This document shows, in pieces, positions 24,773 to 37,977 of a DNA stretch of 64,000 nucleotides. Below the pieces are notes generated by a model. That model was not told where the DNA came from and did not search any database. It saw nothing but the letters and a program-made list of their open reading frames with translations. How positions within the stretch are numbered: the first letter of the stretch is position 1; every line of letters starts with the position of its first letter. Source of the stretch: Octopus bimaculoides (lineage: Eukaryota); assembly GCF_001194135.2 (NCBI RefSeq), contig NC_069001.1:34222127-34286126 (forward strand). The letters run 5' to 3'. Both the position numbers and the translations under genes were made by a program.

Positions 24773-26610
24773 CAGGGATGGCCAATCTATGGTGCAGTGG
24801 ATAGAAATAGTGTTTGAACACCTATTTGTTACTGTTCAATATACGAGTGGGTGCTGAAAAGTTCCTGGCTTTGGGTAAAAGAAAATGAAAGAAGATCAGT
24901 TAATTATGATTTTATTCAACATATTCTCCTCTCAGATTCACACACTTATTGCAGCAGTCCTTCAGTTTTTCTAAGCCCTGAAAAAGAACATGGAAGTTTG
25001 GGCCTCCAGCCATGCCTTTTGTGATGCCCTTAAATCCAGGAACTTTCCAGCACCCTCTTCTATATGTAGAACTAGTTTGGTCATAAGGTAGAAGCCAGTG
25101 CTGATTCCCTGCAGTTTTCACTGTCAATTTACATTTGCTTCTACAGATCTGTGCTTTAGTTTCCCTTTGTGAACATTTGCTGGTTTGTATTTCACTCATC
25201 ACAGTGAATAAGAAAAGCAACAAGTGATAGAAAAGATAAATTCAATGACTGGTAGGAAAACGAGATCTTATTTACAGTGAGTCCTTCAGGAAAAGCTTTG
25301 TCCATTGATTGTGAAGATTGTACCACATATAATGATAATAGAAGACATGATTCTAATTCGCAGTGAAAGCTGAAACTAATGCTTGGGATATGGAAAGAGA
25401 GAATACATACTTAAGGAAAAAGAAACAATTAAAAGAAGACACTATATTTGTTACAGGAAGTTGTGAAAGTTTGTCAATGAAAGTCTCTTCCTATATAATT
25501 GCTTCAACATTGATCAAAAACACAAACTTTTTTGATGGAAGAAAAAAACTGTTAGGTTTTGTGTTGAAACATTTGCAAGATATCATAGTAATAAAAATAT
25601 CATAAAGAAAATAATACAAAGTGCTCTGTCAAAGAGAGCGGTTATAAGACACTGTGAAGAATTCACTTACGCTGTATCTGTGCAACTGGTTACCGAAAGA
25701 CATTTTCTATGCTCGTACTTTGTTTTCTGTAGCCCTGGAAGAATCTACAAATTATATGTGTTAAGCATTTTTATAAGAGGAAATGATGACAATTTCAGCA
25801 TCATTGAAAACTTGTCAATCTTGAGTTGTTTTATGGGAGGGAAAAAGTAACAAACTAGAGGTTCAGACATATTTGGCCAAGTAAAATCGTGTTCGTAAAA
25901 GCCACAAGTAAAATTCTGTACAGTCAGTAGTATTTATATGGATAAAATTCTGTCAATGATTGGTAATGCCTACAACTTGGTTTAGAAACTTTTTATGTCA
26001 TCGACTGCAGTATGTACCTAACGTTGTAATATATTAACAGCTGTAAAATGTATAAATAAAACAGAAGCATTACACAGAGAAGAATTCAGTGGCTAATGTG
26101 TAATATTAGATTTGAAATATAGCAATCTTGTCCTTCGTTGTGGAGTGCACTAGCTTCCTAGGGGATAGAATACAGTTAATAATTTTCTCAAAGAGAAAAA
26201 TGAATTGCCTGGAGAAATAGCCATTTTATGATAATATTTGGTTATTGGATTTAGCATTTTTAGTTGCTATAAACATTTCAGCTACCTAAATTCAAATCTG
26301 CAGGGCATGAGCGATTTGTTTACCAGCTTAGTAAATGATATCAAGAAGAAAATAATAATTGCTTATTTCTCAGTTAATAAAGATTTAAATAAATTTCTGT
26401 ACTTAATAGAGCAAAGTGAAAGTTGTTGAGAATAATTGCAATTTTATATAAAATATGTTGAAAACAATCAGGTTATTTTGCAAGAGAAAACAATCAAGTT
26501 ATTTGAAAAATTGTTTTAGTAATTTTACTAAAGAAGACAGCAACTCACATTTCTAAAGCTATTTCCAGAAAGTGGCCAAAATATAAGGAAAAATGCCTTG
26601 TTATATTCAT
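24773..26610 (+). mobile_element. Decayed hAT (Buster/Charlie, GTF2IRD2-like) transposon with left TIR and transposase pseudogene (about 25200-26610)
   Basis: CAGGGATGGCCAATCT terminus preceded by nnnTAnnn site ATTTAGCT; peptide blocks KFNDW, SGKAL, FSVALEESTN, IFIRGNDDNFSIIENL, TRGSDIFGQVK, WLLDLAFL, LNSNLQG interrupted by stops and frameshifts. Right end not found. Confidence 0.8.
24844..25060 (-). mobile_element. Mariner-derived MITE (~217 bp), TA TSD
   Basis: TIRs CGAGTGGGTGCTGAAAAGTTCCTGG / CCAGGAACTTTCCAGCACCCTCTTC; retains the mariner C-terminus GLEKLKDCCNKCVNLRGEYVE*. Confidence 0.85.
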
Positions 26611-26834
26611 ATTGCATTGAAAATAAGCTATTCATTGAAACTTAGTTCTGAGTTCAAATAGAGTGTAGGTTAACTTTGCTTTCTCTTTTATTTTTTTTGG
26701 TGGGGTTCATAAAATCAAGTACTAGTAAAGTACTGGGGTCAATATAATCAACAAATTATTGGTCTTGTTCCTAAATTACAAACAGTTATTAAAAATGAAA
26801 TCCGAAGATGTTTTCTGAAGATGTTTTCTGAAGA

Positions 26835-27006
26835 TGTTTGATGGTGTGTTTACATCCCCGTAACTTAGCGGTTCAGCAAAAGAGTCCGATAGAATAAGTA
26901 CTAGGTTTCCAAAGAATAAGTCCTGGGGTCGATTTGCTCGACTAAAGGCGGTGCTCCAGCATGGCCACAGTCAAAAGACTGAAACAAGTAAAAGAGAAAA
27001 AAGAGT
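26835..27006 (+). mobile_element. SINE family B 3' half, little diverged
   Basis: CCCCGTAACTTAGCGGTTCAGCAAAAGAG...GATAGAATAAGTACTAGG...GGCGGTGCTCCAGCATGGCCACAGTC...GAAACAAGTAAAAGAG. Confidence 0.9.
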
Positions 27007-27133
27007 CTTTTTTATAACAGACAGACACTTCCCTCTTTCATTAAAAATACTAGTTTTTCCTTTCTTTCTTTCCTTCCTCCCTTCTTTCTTTGTTTCTTCA
27101 TTTTTTCTCTATTTCTCTCTCTGTCTCCCCTCC

Positions 27134-27167
<34 letters not shown>

Positions 27168-27291
27168 CTATTCTTTCCTCTTTGTCTTTTCCCCTGAAAC
27201 AAACCCATTCTAAGAAGCTTGAATTGATCCACAAAGACACAAGTATGTTAGTTTCTCCTGATAAACCAAAGATAAAGTACGATCTATTGTG

Positions 27292-27355
27292 TTAACCCCA
27301 TAACATTACTAACCCCATAACATTACTAACCCCATAACATTACTAACCCCATAAC
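27292..27355. repeat. 17-bp tandem repeat (TAACATTACTAACCCCA) x3 plus partial flanking units
   Basis: Exact copies start at 27301, 27318 and 27335. Confidence 0.95.
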
Positions 27356-27610
27356 TAAAACTAAACTGAAGACATTTTTTTTTTTAATATCCTTTTCTTA
27401 TCGTAAATACTTAATCCCAGTCATCTGAAACATAAAGTAAGGATTGCAAAAATTCCCAACTAAACCTCTTTGTTTAAAACCACAAAATTAAAACAAGATA
27501 TCAGGAAATTAAAGATAAAAAAATAAAAGAATTAACTTTTATTCATGTAGACACGTATGTATANNNNNNNNNNNNNNNNNNNNNNNNNNNNNNNNNNNNN
27601 NNNNNNNNNC

Positions 27611-27642
<32 letters not shown>

Positions 27643-27688
27643 GTATGTATATGTATGTAAATGTATGTATGTGTGTTTGTGTATGAGC

Positions 27689-27743
<55 letters not shown>

Positions 27744-29854
27744 TACCAACATATGCTAACCTAAACACACTCTTTCCCTCACACATGCTAAAAAGTGCAT
27801 TCGTTCAAACACGTTGTGCACACCTGTATATGATAATGCATTCATATATACATAATTGCAGCACATATATATGTGTGTGTATGTGTGTGTGTGCATGCAA
27901 GAATGAATGTATGCATCATCATCATCGTCATCATAAATATATATAAATATACATATATATATATGTGTGTATGTTTTTGTGTATATCTGAATTAATTTAC
28001 AAAGCATAAGAAACCTTAGTGTGTGTGTGTGTGTGTGTGTGTGTGCACATGCACACACACACACACACAAACACACACACAGATACACACACATACACAC
28101 ACACACACATCTACAGAGACAGATTTACATACAAAGCTATATAATCAATTTACAAATCATATTTTGATGTTATTAAATGAAAAACATTCTACATGAAATA
28201 TTAAAATATAAATCAAATCAAATCAGTCATTTTGATAATTTCCTTTTATATATATATTATCATATACATATTATATTATATATATTTATATTTATTATTA
28301 TCATTTATTTTCTTTTTACCTGAAAATTTTATGTATGTTATCAATAATCTTTAGAAGTTTGCAATCTTGCTTTCCAACTTATCTGCATTATTTAATATTT
28401 TAGTTTTTCTAGGATGAGATGATAAATCAAAAATGTCGCTGAAATAGTGAATCTTGCTTTGAGTAGTTTGCAGACTCTCCCTCTTTCTATCTCTGTCTGT
28501 CTGTCTGTCTGTCTTTCACTCTTTTGGTTTCTAGCTCTCAGTCACAGAATATAACCTTAACTCGTTTATGTCCATATTTCTAACAAGAATAGACTCTGCA
28601 ATGTGTCTCAATTTGTTTTCAGAATAATATTAAGAATTTGAAAGGTGTTTTAAATTTTTTTTTTTTTTTTTCATTAAACTGTCAACTTTTTAAAAAGATA
28701 TTTATTGCTCTATAAAGTTGTTGCATGGAATACATCTTACAGAAATAAATTTTACAGAAAATTGAAGAAAGTACGTTTTTACACTTTGAAAATTTTATAT
28801 TATTGTTTGTGTTGTATATCCTGCTTTTAGAATATACGATATTCCGAGATGCTTTACATGTTTTGTATAGATAGAGTTATCTCCCTTGCCAGACATTGTT
28901 AACAGTGCATGACAGAAACTGCGGTGGGGAGGACATAAATAGTAGAATGTGTGGGGGAGGAGGAGTCTTTGCTGTGAGGTTCTCTGAGGTACAACAGAAC
29001 TTGGACATTGTAACGCAATGCTCATTGTGGAATCTCTTTATCTACAAAGGATATTACTTTGGGTAGCAGCCTGGTAGATCATTACTCTTTGATGTGAACC
29101 TGTTCCTACCTTCTGAAAAGGTATTCCTGATTAGATACATCATGTAATTGATGTATCATGAGAGGCAACTAAAACAGGTAGCATCCATTATTCTTTTGTC
29201 AAGAGCCATCACCCACTTGCTTTTCAATTCTTCCACACTTATAAGCCAGGTCGGCACTAGGAAGTGTGGGGCCCAATTAGGGAACTATCAATGGAGCCTT
29301 CTATTCTACAAAAGCTGAAGATTGGCGTTTTATACTTCGTGTAATATGCCAGTCCCAGACAAAAAGCATTGAGGGTTTGAGGCTCCACCATTAGCCACAG
29401 AGATAGTAAAAATTCATCATAGCATCCTCTGCTCACAGGGACCTCTCTTGGTGTGGGGCTCAGTTTGAATAAATCTGTCCAACTGACTTATACTGGCCCT
29501 GGTTATAAGGACCGCTTTAAGTCTTCAGACTATCTTTACTACTACTGGTGCCAACCAAAAAGTTTGAAAGTCAAAGTTGGTGACCTCAGCAGAATTTGAA
29601 CTCAGAATTTAAAGGGGTTTAAGACATATTTGTTCAGCATTATAATGAGTCTACCAACCCACCCTCTTAATTGTTATGATAATGATAGCAAGAAATGATT
29701 GAGGTTAATGACCCTCTCATGTTGGTAAACAAAGGAACAAATTTAAAGGTAAGAGGTACAGTGATAGAGCAAGTGTCAGTTGACCAGTGAGGCTGATGTT
29801 ATTGACTTACACTTTACCCAAACTTGCTGCCAAAGCTTGAAACTATTTATATTG

Positions 29855-30005
29855 ATGTTGTTCAAATTCTGTGGAAGTTGACTTCGCCTTTCATCCTTTT
29901 GAAGATCTATGGAATAAGAACCAGTCATGTCCTGAGGGTTCCTGTAATCGACTCCCACTGACACCCACCAAATTTCAGGCCTTGTGTCAGTAGTGGAAAG
30001 GATTA
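29855..30005 (+). mobile_element. SINE family A 3' part
   Basis: GTTCAAATTCTGTGGAAGTTGACTTCGCCTTTCATCC...AAATTTCAGGCCTTGTGTCAGTAGTGGAAAGGATTATT. Confidence 0.7.
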
Positions 30006-30242
30006 TTATTATTGTTGTTGTTCTTGTTGTTGCAGAGAGATGATAGGCTAAAAGTGGGTTCCTTCATGATGGTTCAATGATCAATATTCATTACAAATTT
30101 TGTAGACTCCAATGAATAATAATGAACCTTGGAAATGGATTTGTTTTTTAAGCGTGAGCTTAGGATAGAGAAAGTTTATATTTAAACGTGTGTTTGCATG
30201 CATATACATGCACATGCGTGTGTACGTGTGTATGTATATATA

Positions 30243-30298
<56 letters not shown>

Positions 30299-30308
30299 NN
30301 NNNNNNNN

Positions 30309-30357
<49 letters not shown>

Positions 30358-30591
30358 CACCACCCCCTATCTTTCCATCTATCTATCTGTATATATATAT
30401 ATATGTGTGTGTGTGTGTATACATATACATATACAAGCATACATTTATGTCCTGACATGCATACATACACACACATACATACAAATATAGATAGATAGAT
30501 AGATAGATAGATGAAAAGATAGATAGGTGAATATATCTACATAAATATATATATCCATTGATGCTGATTCTACTTTTATTTGTTTATATAC

Positions 30592-30702
30592 ATTAGGAAG
30601 GGCCTCCAGCTGTATAAAACCCAGCCAAAACAGATGACTGGAACCTGATGTAGTCCTTTGGCTTGTCAGCTCTGGTTAAACTGTCCAACCATGCCAGAAT
30701 GT
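30592..30702 (+). mobile_element. RTE-type tail fragment
   Basis: CATTAGGAAGGGCCTCCAGCTGTATAAAAC...GTCCAACCATGCCAG. Confidence 0.7.
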
Positions 30703-31295
30703 TCCGTCTCTCTCTCTGTGTCCCCTCTCTCTCTCTCTGTCCCTTCTCTCTCTCTCTCTCCCTCTCTCTCTTTCTATGGGGGAGAAAAACTTGTAGAAGG
30801 ATAGACAAATTGATAAGTAAAAATATAAGTAGGCATTCACACACACTGTGAGAGAAAAGAAGTGAGTTGAAGGATAGACGAATTGATAAGAAAAAAATCA
30901 TATCACAGCTGAAAACTCTAGAAACTTTCAATCTAATGGTAATTGTGTCTCTGATTTGCATTTAGACACACCTATGTACACTCAACACACACACACACAC
31001 ATGTATGCAGGCACTCAGTTACATATAGAGATATATGTACACACACACACACACACACACTTACAAACTCATAAACATTAATTATATATGCATCAAACAT
31101 GTGGATGAACACACACACACACACACACACCATACACACATATACATGCACGTGTACATACAGATTGGTACATATCCAGTTACTCATATACACACACACA
31201 TATACATGCACATGCACAATCACATGGTCACACCCATTTCACTTACGCCAAACATACACATTCACACACATAAATACTCACCAAATGTATGCATG

Positions 31296-31329
<34 letters not shown>

Positions 31330-31621
31330 TGCATGTACGCACCCACATATGCACAAACAGGCACGTATGCACTCACTGCATGTACCAAATACATGGATGA
31401 ACACACAGAAACACACATATTGATACATAGATACAGACGAGTGCATACCAACATCGACACACATACACACACAAAGACAAACTCATACATACATACATAC
31501 AGGCAAGTATGTACACACACACACACAAGCATAGATTCATAGAGACAAGCACATATACAGACATGTGTACACTCACACACATACATACAGGCAAACACAG
31601 ACACTTGCTCATGTATGTGCG

Positions 31622-31652
<31 letters not shown>

Positions 31653-32029
31653 ACACACAGTCACAAAGATAAATGAGGAAATAGAAAAACAAAAAAATCT
31701 GAGCATTTTGTCACTTATCAAATCAGTAGCCCCTTTCAGATGATGTCATTATTGTTTTTGAAGTGACAGACTGTATAATGGTGAGAGAATATAGCTGATA
31801 GAAAATATCACAATAGTTTCTTTTGTTGGGATTGTTCCACCAGAGATTTAATGTGAAATTATGTGTTCAAACTATAGCAATTACATTGAAGTGACGTCAC
31901 ATGGCTTATTAAAAAACCTATACACTGTTTTATCTACCTAGTCGTTTTTTCTGCATTGTTCTGTTTTGATTTTATTAAAGAGAAAAATAAAATTATAGGC
32001 ATAGGCATGTTTGTCTGGTCAAGATGTGT

Positions 32030-32141
32030 GCTTGCAAGTTATTGTATGGCATCTTGGGTAAGTGTCTTCTACTATAGCTTTGAGCTGACCAAAGCGTTGT
32101 GAGTGGATCTGGTAGAGAGAGAAACTAAAAAAAACCTGTTG

Positions 32142-32172
<31 letters not shown>

Positions 32173-32398
32173 CTGTGTGTGTGTGTGTGTGTGTGTATAA
32201 GTCTGCATTTGCACCCCCCACCATTGATTGACAACCAATGATGGTGTGTTTATGTCCCTGTAACTTAGTACTTCAGCAAAAGAGATCGATAGGATAAGCA
32301 CCTGGCTTACAAAGAATCAGTCCAGGGGTTGATTTCTTTAACTAAAAGGTGATGCTTCGGCATGGTTGTGGTCAAATGACTGAAAGAGTAAAAGAGAA

Positions 32399-32400
<2 letters not shown>
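32030..32400 (+). mobile_element. SINE family B, mostly complete
   Basis: GGGTAAGTGTCTTCTACTATAGC, GTGAGTGGATCTGGTAG, TAACTTAGTACTTCAGCAAAAGAG, GTCAAATGACTGAAAGAGTAAAAGAG. Confidence 0.85.
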
Positions 32401-32473
<73 letters not shown>

Positions 32474-32705
32474 TCACATGAAGTGAGTGAGTGTGTGTGT
32501 GTGTGTGTGCAAAGGTATTAATGAATACTTGTATTCCAACCTTTTCATCACTTGAGCAAAGCAGTAGTGATGTTGGCATCACATGATGACAATGATTATT
32601 TGCAATGTACTTTTCAAAGACCCCAAGAATGAAAATGATTCTTACTTGAAAAACTGGTAAGAGACGGTAACAGGAAGAGCTCCTGGTCATAAAATGCTGC
32701 CTTAA

Positions 32706-32924
32706 CTCTTTTGATACCAACCCAACCCAACTGAAACCACCTCTGGCTCTGTAGTACAAATGTTTTGCTTTTATAAGTTTCGAACTAAAATCTTCTGCCA
32801 AATCACAATTTATGTTCTTAACATTGGCTTAATAATAACTAAGTTATTTTACTAAATTCTTTGTTATACTTAAAATTAATTGAAAGAAACAGAGCATCTC
32901 AAAATAAATACGGTACCAAAAGGG
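32706..32924. mobile_element. piggyBac-like MITE (~219 bp) with TTAA TSD
   Basis: TTAA|CTCTTTTGATACC ... GGTACCAAAAGGG|TTAA; homologous copy in opposite orientation at 56494-56716. Confidence 0.8.
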
Positions 32925-32974
32925 TTAAATAACTTTTCAATCATTATAACAAGAATAAATAATTCAGGAATGCT

Positions 32975-33136
32975 TGCGGCCTAATAATTAGAGCATTGTG
33001 CTCATTATCATAAGAAAATAGTTTCAATTTCCACGCTGAGTGGTACATTGTGTCTTTGAGCCAGGCACTTCATTTCATTTGCTTTAGTTCTCTCAGTTAA
33101 CAGCAAATTGTATTAGCAAGAGCTGGAGTTCATCTG
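32975..33136 (+). mobile_element. SINE family E, degenerate, cut by assembly gap
   Basis: TTGTGTCTTTGAGCCAGGCACTT...TCTCAGTT resembles the 43118-43340 copy. Confidence 0.45.
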
Positions 33137-34508
33137 NNNNNNNNNNNNNNNNNNNNNNNNNNNNNNNNNNNNNNNNNNNNNNNNNNNNNNNNNNNNNNNN
33201 NNNNNNNNNNNNNNNNNNNNNNNNNNNNNNNNNNNNNNNNNNNNNNNNNNNNNNNNNNNNNNNNNNNNNNNNNNNNNNNNNNNNNNNNNNNNNNNNNNNN
33301 NNNNNNNNNNNNNNNNNNNNNNNNNNNNNNNNNNNNNNNNNNNNNNNNNNNNNNNNNNNNNNNNNNNNNNNNNNNNNNNNNNNNNNNNNNNNNNNNNNNN
33401 NNNNNNNNNNNNNNNNNNNNNNNNNNNNNNNNNNNNNNNNNNNNNNNNNNNNNNNNNNNNNNNNNNNNNNNNNNNNNNNNNNNNNNNNNNNNNNNNNNNN
33501 NNNNNNNNNNNNNNNNNNNNNNNNNNNNNNNNNNNNNNNNNNNNNNNNNNNNNNNNNNNNNNNNNNNNNNNNNNNNNNNNNNNNNNNNNNNNNNNNNNNN
33601 NNNNNNNNNNNNNNNNNNNNNNNNNNNNNNNNNNNNNNNNNNNNNNNNNNNNNNNNNNNNNNNNNNNNNNNNNNNNNNNNNNNNNNNNNNNNNNNNNNNN
33701 NNNNNNNNNNNNNNNNNNNNNNNNNNNNNNNNNNNNNNNNNNNNNNNNNNNNNNNNNNNNNNNNNNNNNNNNNNNNNTTTGTTTGTTACCACTTTATTCC
33801 TCCCATGGGGTCAGTTTGTTTGGAAAACTGTCAAATACCAGTAGAATCCAATCTTGTCACTTCCAGCTGTCCGACACTTTCTGCACGTCCTCCGCCTCCG
33901 TCGACTCCCACCCCACCCTACCACTCCTCCTCCTCCACCACCTCTTCCTCCCTCCCACTCTCCCCTCCCACCTCACCCAACCACTTAATTTCAATGGTTT
34001 CTGTGCCTAACCTGTGTACAGTCTATTGACAGCCACCCTGATACTCTAGTTTTTATCCCCTTCACCACCACATTCACTATTATAAGCCTTCTGCTTCATC
34101 GTTATCGTCGTCATCGTCATCGTCATCATCCTCACTGTCGTCGTCTCGTCATCATCATCGTCATCATCATCATTATATTCATTATTGTTTGTTGCATTTG
34201 CAATGGAAATAAATTATAAAAGTAATCTTGGTTTATAGAATAAACTTTCCTGTTGAGAATTTCATCTGTCAATGAATAATAAAATATTAGCTCTTTGCAG
34301 TTGGTTTCAATTGTTTCGAAAAGTGTATATAAACACACACACACACACACACAAACATGCACACACATGCATTTACACATGCGCACACACATACATACAT
34401 ACACTTGTGCACACATATATTTACACATGCACACACACATGTACTTGCATAACAATATATACACGTATCTATTATACACACACATATATGAATGAACGTG
34501 TGAATGTT

Positions 34509-34591
<83 letters not shown>

Positions 34592-35478
34592 NNNNNNNNN
34601 NNNNNNNNNNNNNNNNNNNNNNNNNNNNNNNNNNNNNNNNNNNNNNNNNNNNNNNNNNNNNNNNNNNNNNNNNNNNNNNNNNNNNNNNNNNNNNNNNNNN
34701 NNNNNNNNNNNNNNNNNNNNNNNNNNNNNNNNNNNNNNNNNNNNNNNNNNNNNNNNNNNNNNNNNNNNNNNNNNNNNNNNNNNNNNNNNNNNNNNNNNNN
34801 NNNNNNNNNNNNNNNNNNNNNNNNNNNNNNNNNNNNNNNNNNNNNNNNNNNNNNNNNNNNNNNNNNNNNNNNNNNNNNNNNNNNNNNNNNNNNNNNNNNN
34901 NNNNNNNNNNNNNNNNNNNNNNNNNNNNNNNNNNNNNNNNNNNNNNNNNNNNNNNNNNNNNNNNNNNNNNNNNNNNNNNNNNNNNNNNNNNNNNNNNNNN
35001 NNNNNNNNNNNNNNNNNNNNNNNNNNNNNNNNNNNNNNNNNNNNNNNNNNNNNNNNNNNNNNNNNNNNNNNNNNNNNNNNNNNNNNNNNNNNNNNNNNNN
35101 NNNNNNNNNNNNNNNNNNNNNNNNNNNNNNNNNNNNNNNNNNNNNNNNNNNNNNNNNNNNNNNNNNNNNATATATGTATATATATGCATATAGGTATGTA
35201 TTTATATATATAAATGTATATATATACGTATGTATGTATATATATATATGTATGTTTATATATGTATATATATGCATATAAGTATGTATTTATATATATC
35301 TATGCCTGTATATATATACGTATGTATGTATATATATATATGTATGTTTATATATGTATATATATGCATATAAGTATGTATTTATATATATCTATGCCTA
35401 TATATATATATGTATATATTTATATATATCTATGCCTATATATATACATATATATATATAAATATACATATATATATA

Positions 35479-35509
<31 letters not shown>

Positions 35510-35791
35510 ATATATGTATATATATATACATCTCTGTATATATACGCACACAAATATATGTGTGTGTGTGTGTGTGTAAATCTTGCTTTAAGAATCTGAA
35601 AGGTACATCAAACTTAAAATAAATTACACCTCACAAAGTATTAAACGAAATAGCCTCTAGACTAGCAGTTCTCAGTAGTAGCTTCCAGGGCTGCATGCGA
35701 CCCTCAACGGTCCCCCACCCCTCTATAAATGTAATAAATTTTTCTTTAATCGACTTGCGTTTTGCTCTTTTTGGTGTGGTCCCCTACCATG

Positions 35792-35845
<54 letters not shown>

Positions 35846-35857
35846 TACACATATATA

Positions 35858-36746
35858 CAGGGTGCAGTGAATATATTGTCATCTAAATTATGCAAAAATG
35901 AAAATAAGACTGACATTTCAATTTAACAGATATATTTACCAAAATTACATAAAAATATTTTGAAATACTAAAGAGTAAATTTATTCAATAAAATCGTCAT
36001 TGGTTTCAGTCAAGGCCTCCAGACAACTTCAGAATCTCCTGCAACTCTTCTGGATGGTCTCCTTGTTTAAGTTGGTGAATGCTGCCATAATTCTTGCTTT
36101 CAGTTCATCTTTGGTGTCACAAGGAGTTTTGTTGGTCTCTGGTTCAACTGCATCCCACACATAATAATCAAGGGGTTTGCAGTCTGGGGAGATAGATGGC
36201 TAGATGTTAGAGGTGATATGGTTGCAGAAATTGTCTAACAGCCATGACTGGGCTCTCCTGCTTGTGCGGCATGGTGCAGAGTCCTGTTGCCAGACACAGT
36301 TTTCCAGAAGATACCCTCTTGACTCAGGGCAACACTACCTCCTCTAGGCACTTGATGCTGGCCCCGTTGTTGGGCGTGAGGCCGTGCTGGAAGGTGAATG
36401 GAGGCATAATGTCATCACCACTGGTAGTCACTCCAAACACCATGATGTTGACTGGATGTTTGATCTTTATCTCTCTTGGTATATGTTTTGGGGACATGGC
36501 AAACTAATGGTTGTTCTATGTGTTCACCATCATTTCGTATTGGAACTTTTGGCATGAATGCCAAGCCGTACAGCATGTTGTTTCCAAATTTCTGGCAGCG
36601 TGAATTGCATCATGGTGCTGGTTTTCTCACAGATGGTGCCCAACTGACCCTACTATACTGTGTAGTCGACAAAATCAAAAACAAACAATGCGCATGTGTG
36701 AAATTACCCATTACACCCTGAGTGACAATTTACCCTTCACACCCTG
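35858..36746 (-). mobile_element. Internally deleted Tc1/mariner element (maT/DD37D-like) retaining the catalytic C-terminal transposase fragment (about 35981-36480)
   Basis: Termini CAGGGTG...TTGTCA, TA at the left flank; minus strand encodes IMVFGVTTSGDDIMPPF, VWQQDSAPC, SPDCKPLDYYVWDAVE...RRF*SCLEALTETNDDFIE*. Confidence 0.85.
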
Positions 36747-36754
36747 TGTATGTG

Positions 36755-36800
<46 letters not shown>

Positions 36801-36970
36801 CACACACACACAAACACACTCAAACTCATGCTTATATATATAATTATGTGTGTTTATGTATATATACACATATACATACACATATAAAACACACATATGC
36901 ATCATATATAGATACACATATAAAACACATATATGCATATGTATACACACACACACACACNNNNNNNNNN

Positions 36971-37018
<48 letters not shown>

Positions 37019-37049
37019 GTGATATGGTGCACTATTACTTTTATCCTAC

Positions 37050-37670
37050 ATTGAACCCTTGCCTCTATTTGCCTTCATTAACTGGAGTTTGTTTTTAAGG
37101 TGGAAAAGGTTCTGCTATCAATTATTCCCCAAGACACGCTCTCATCAACACAATTATCACCAACTGGTGGTGTCATTCTTTAAACTTCTCCAACGATACC
37201 AGCATTCCATTTCAATGATTTTATTTCCTACAGTGAGGTCAACAGCCAAACTGCTTTCTTCTCTGATTTTCTGATTTAATCATACTTGGAGATTTCACTC
37301 TGTGCAAATTCTTCCTGACACTTCCATATCTCTCATGCCAGCTCAACTGACACAAAACACTGAAACCTTTAATATCTGAAATAAACCGTTCTGGCTAATC
37401 CTTTTCCTTACACTTGTTCATGAACATTCATTCAACTCTATTGCTTGATTTTAAATCAAAATCTTAACCTTGTACAGCAGTTTCTGCTCTCAGCTGCTCC
37501 CCTCACTCTTTTGATTTGATCTCTCACCTCCACACCAGAGCCAGATATCAGTAACTTACGACTATTTCTCAAATAATTTCATCATTGGAAATTACCTGTT
37601 GATTGAACCTTCATTACCTTTATACTGATTATTCATGACCAGAGAATCGTTCTACACTTGACCATGACAA
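37050..37670 (+). pseudogene. Decayed AP-endonuclease region of a CR1/L2/Jockey-type LINE
   Basis: Ordered motifs CYQLFPKTR, GGVIL, IILGDF, DL(I)LTSTP and LDH recoverable across frameshifts. Confidence 0.55.
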
Positions 37671-37977
37671 AGCAAGTAGTAAAATTCTTAACGAACAACT
37701 AATTCTATTTGACATGAATCAGGAAACTAAAATCTGGAAGTGGTTAGCAAAGAAATGTGTCATGAAGGGATAAGCAAACAAAACAAAAAAAAAAGTGTTT
37801 TCATGAGGGCTTTTAAATAAAAAAAAAAATATTAGCAATGGGGGATATAATATCCTTACAAAAGAAATATCTTCATGGCTACTCAGGACTGGTGTGCCTT
37901 CTGTAATTTCCAAAAGAGTTCATGAAAACAAGGAAAAAGAAAGCGAAAAATATTCTCATTGCACTACCAAACATACT

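Noticed and set aside
29315-29360. CUGAAGA followed by a 13-bp hairpin
   Set aside because: No GAAA or stem III after the hairpin and no stem I.
33805-34029. 74-aa Pro/Ser-rich ORF
   Set aside because: Composition follows from the C-rich tract; no homology cue or splice evidence.
35690-35790. Possible solo LTR (TATAAAT then AATAAA, TG...CA)
   Set aside because: No TSD or terminal inverted repeat and no second copy; the motifs are common in AT-rich DNA.
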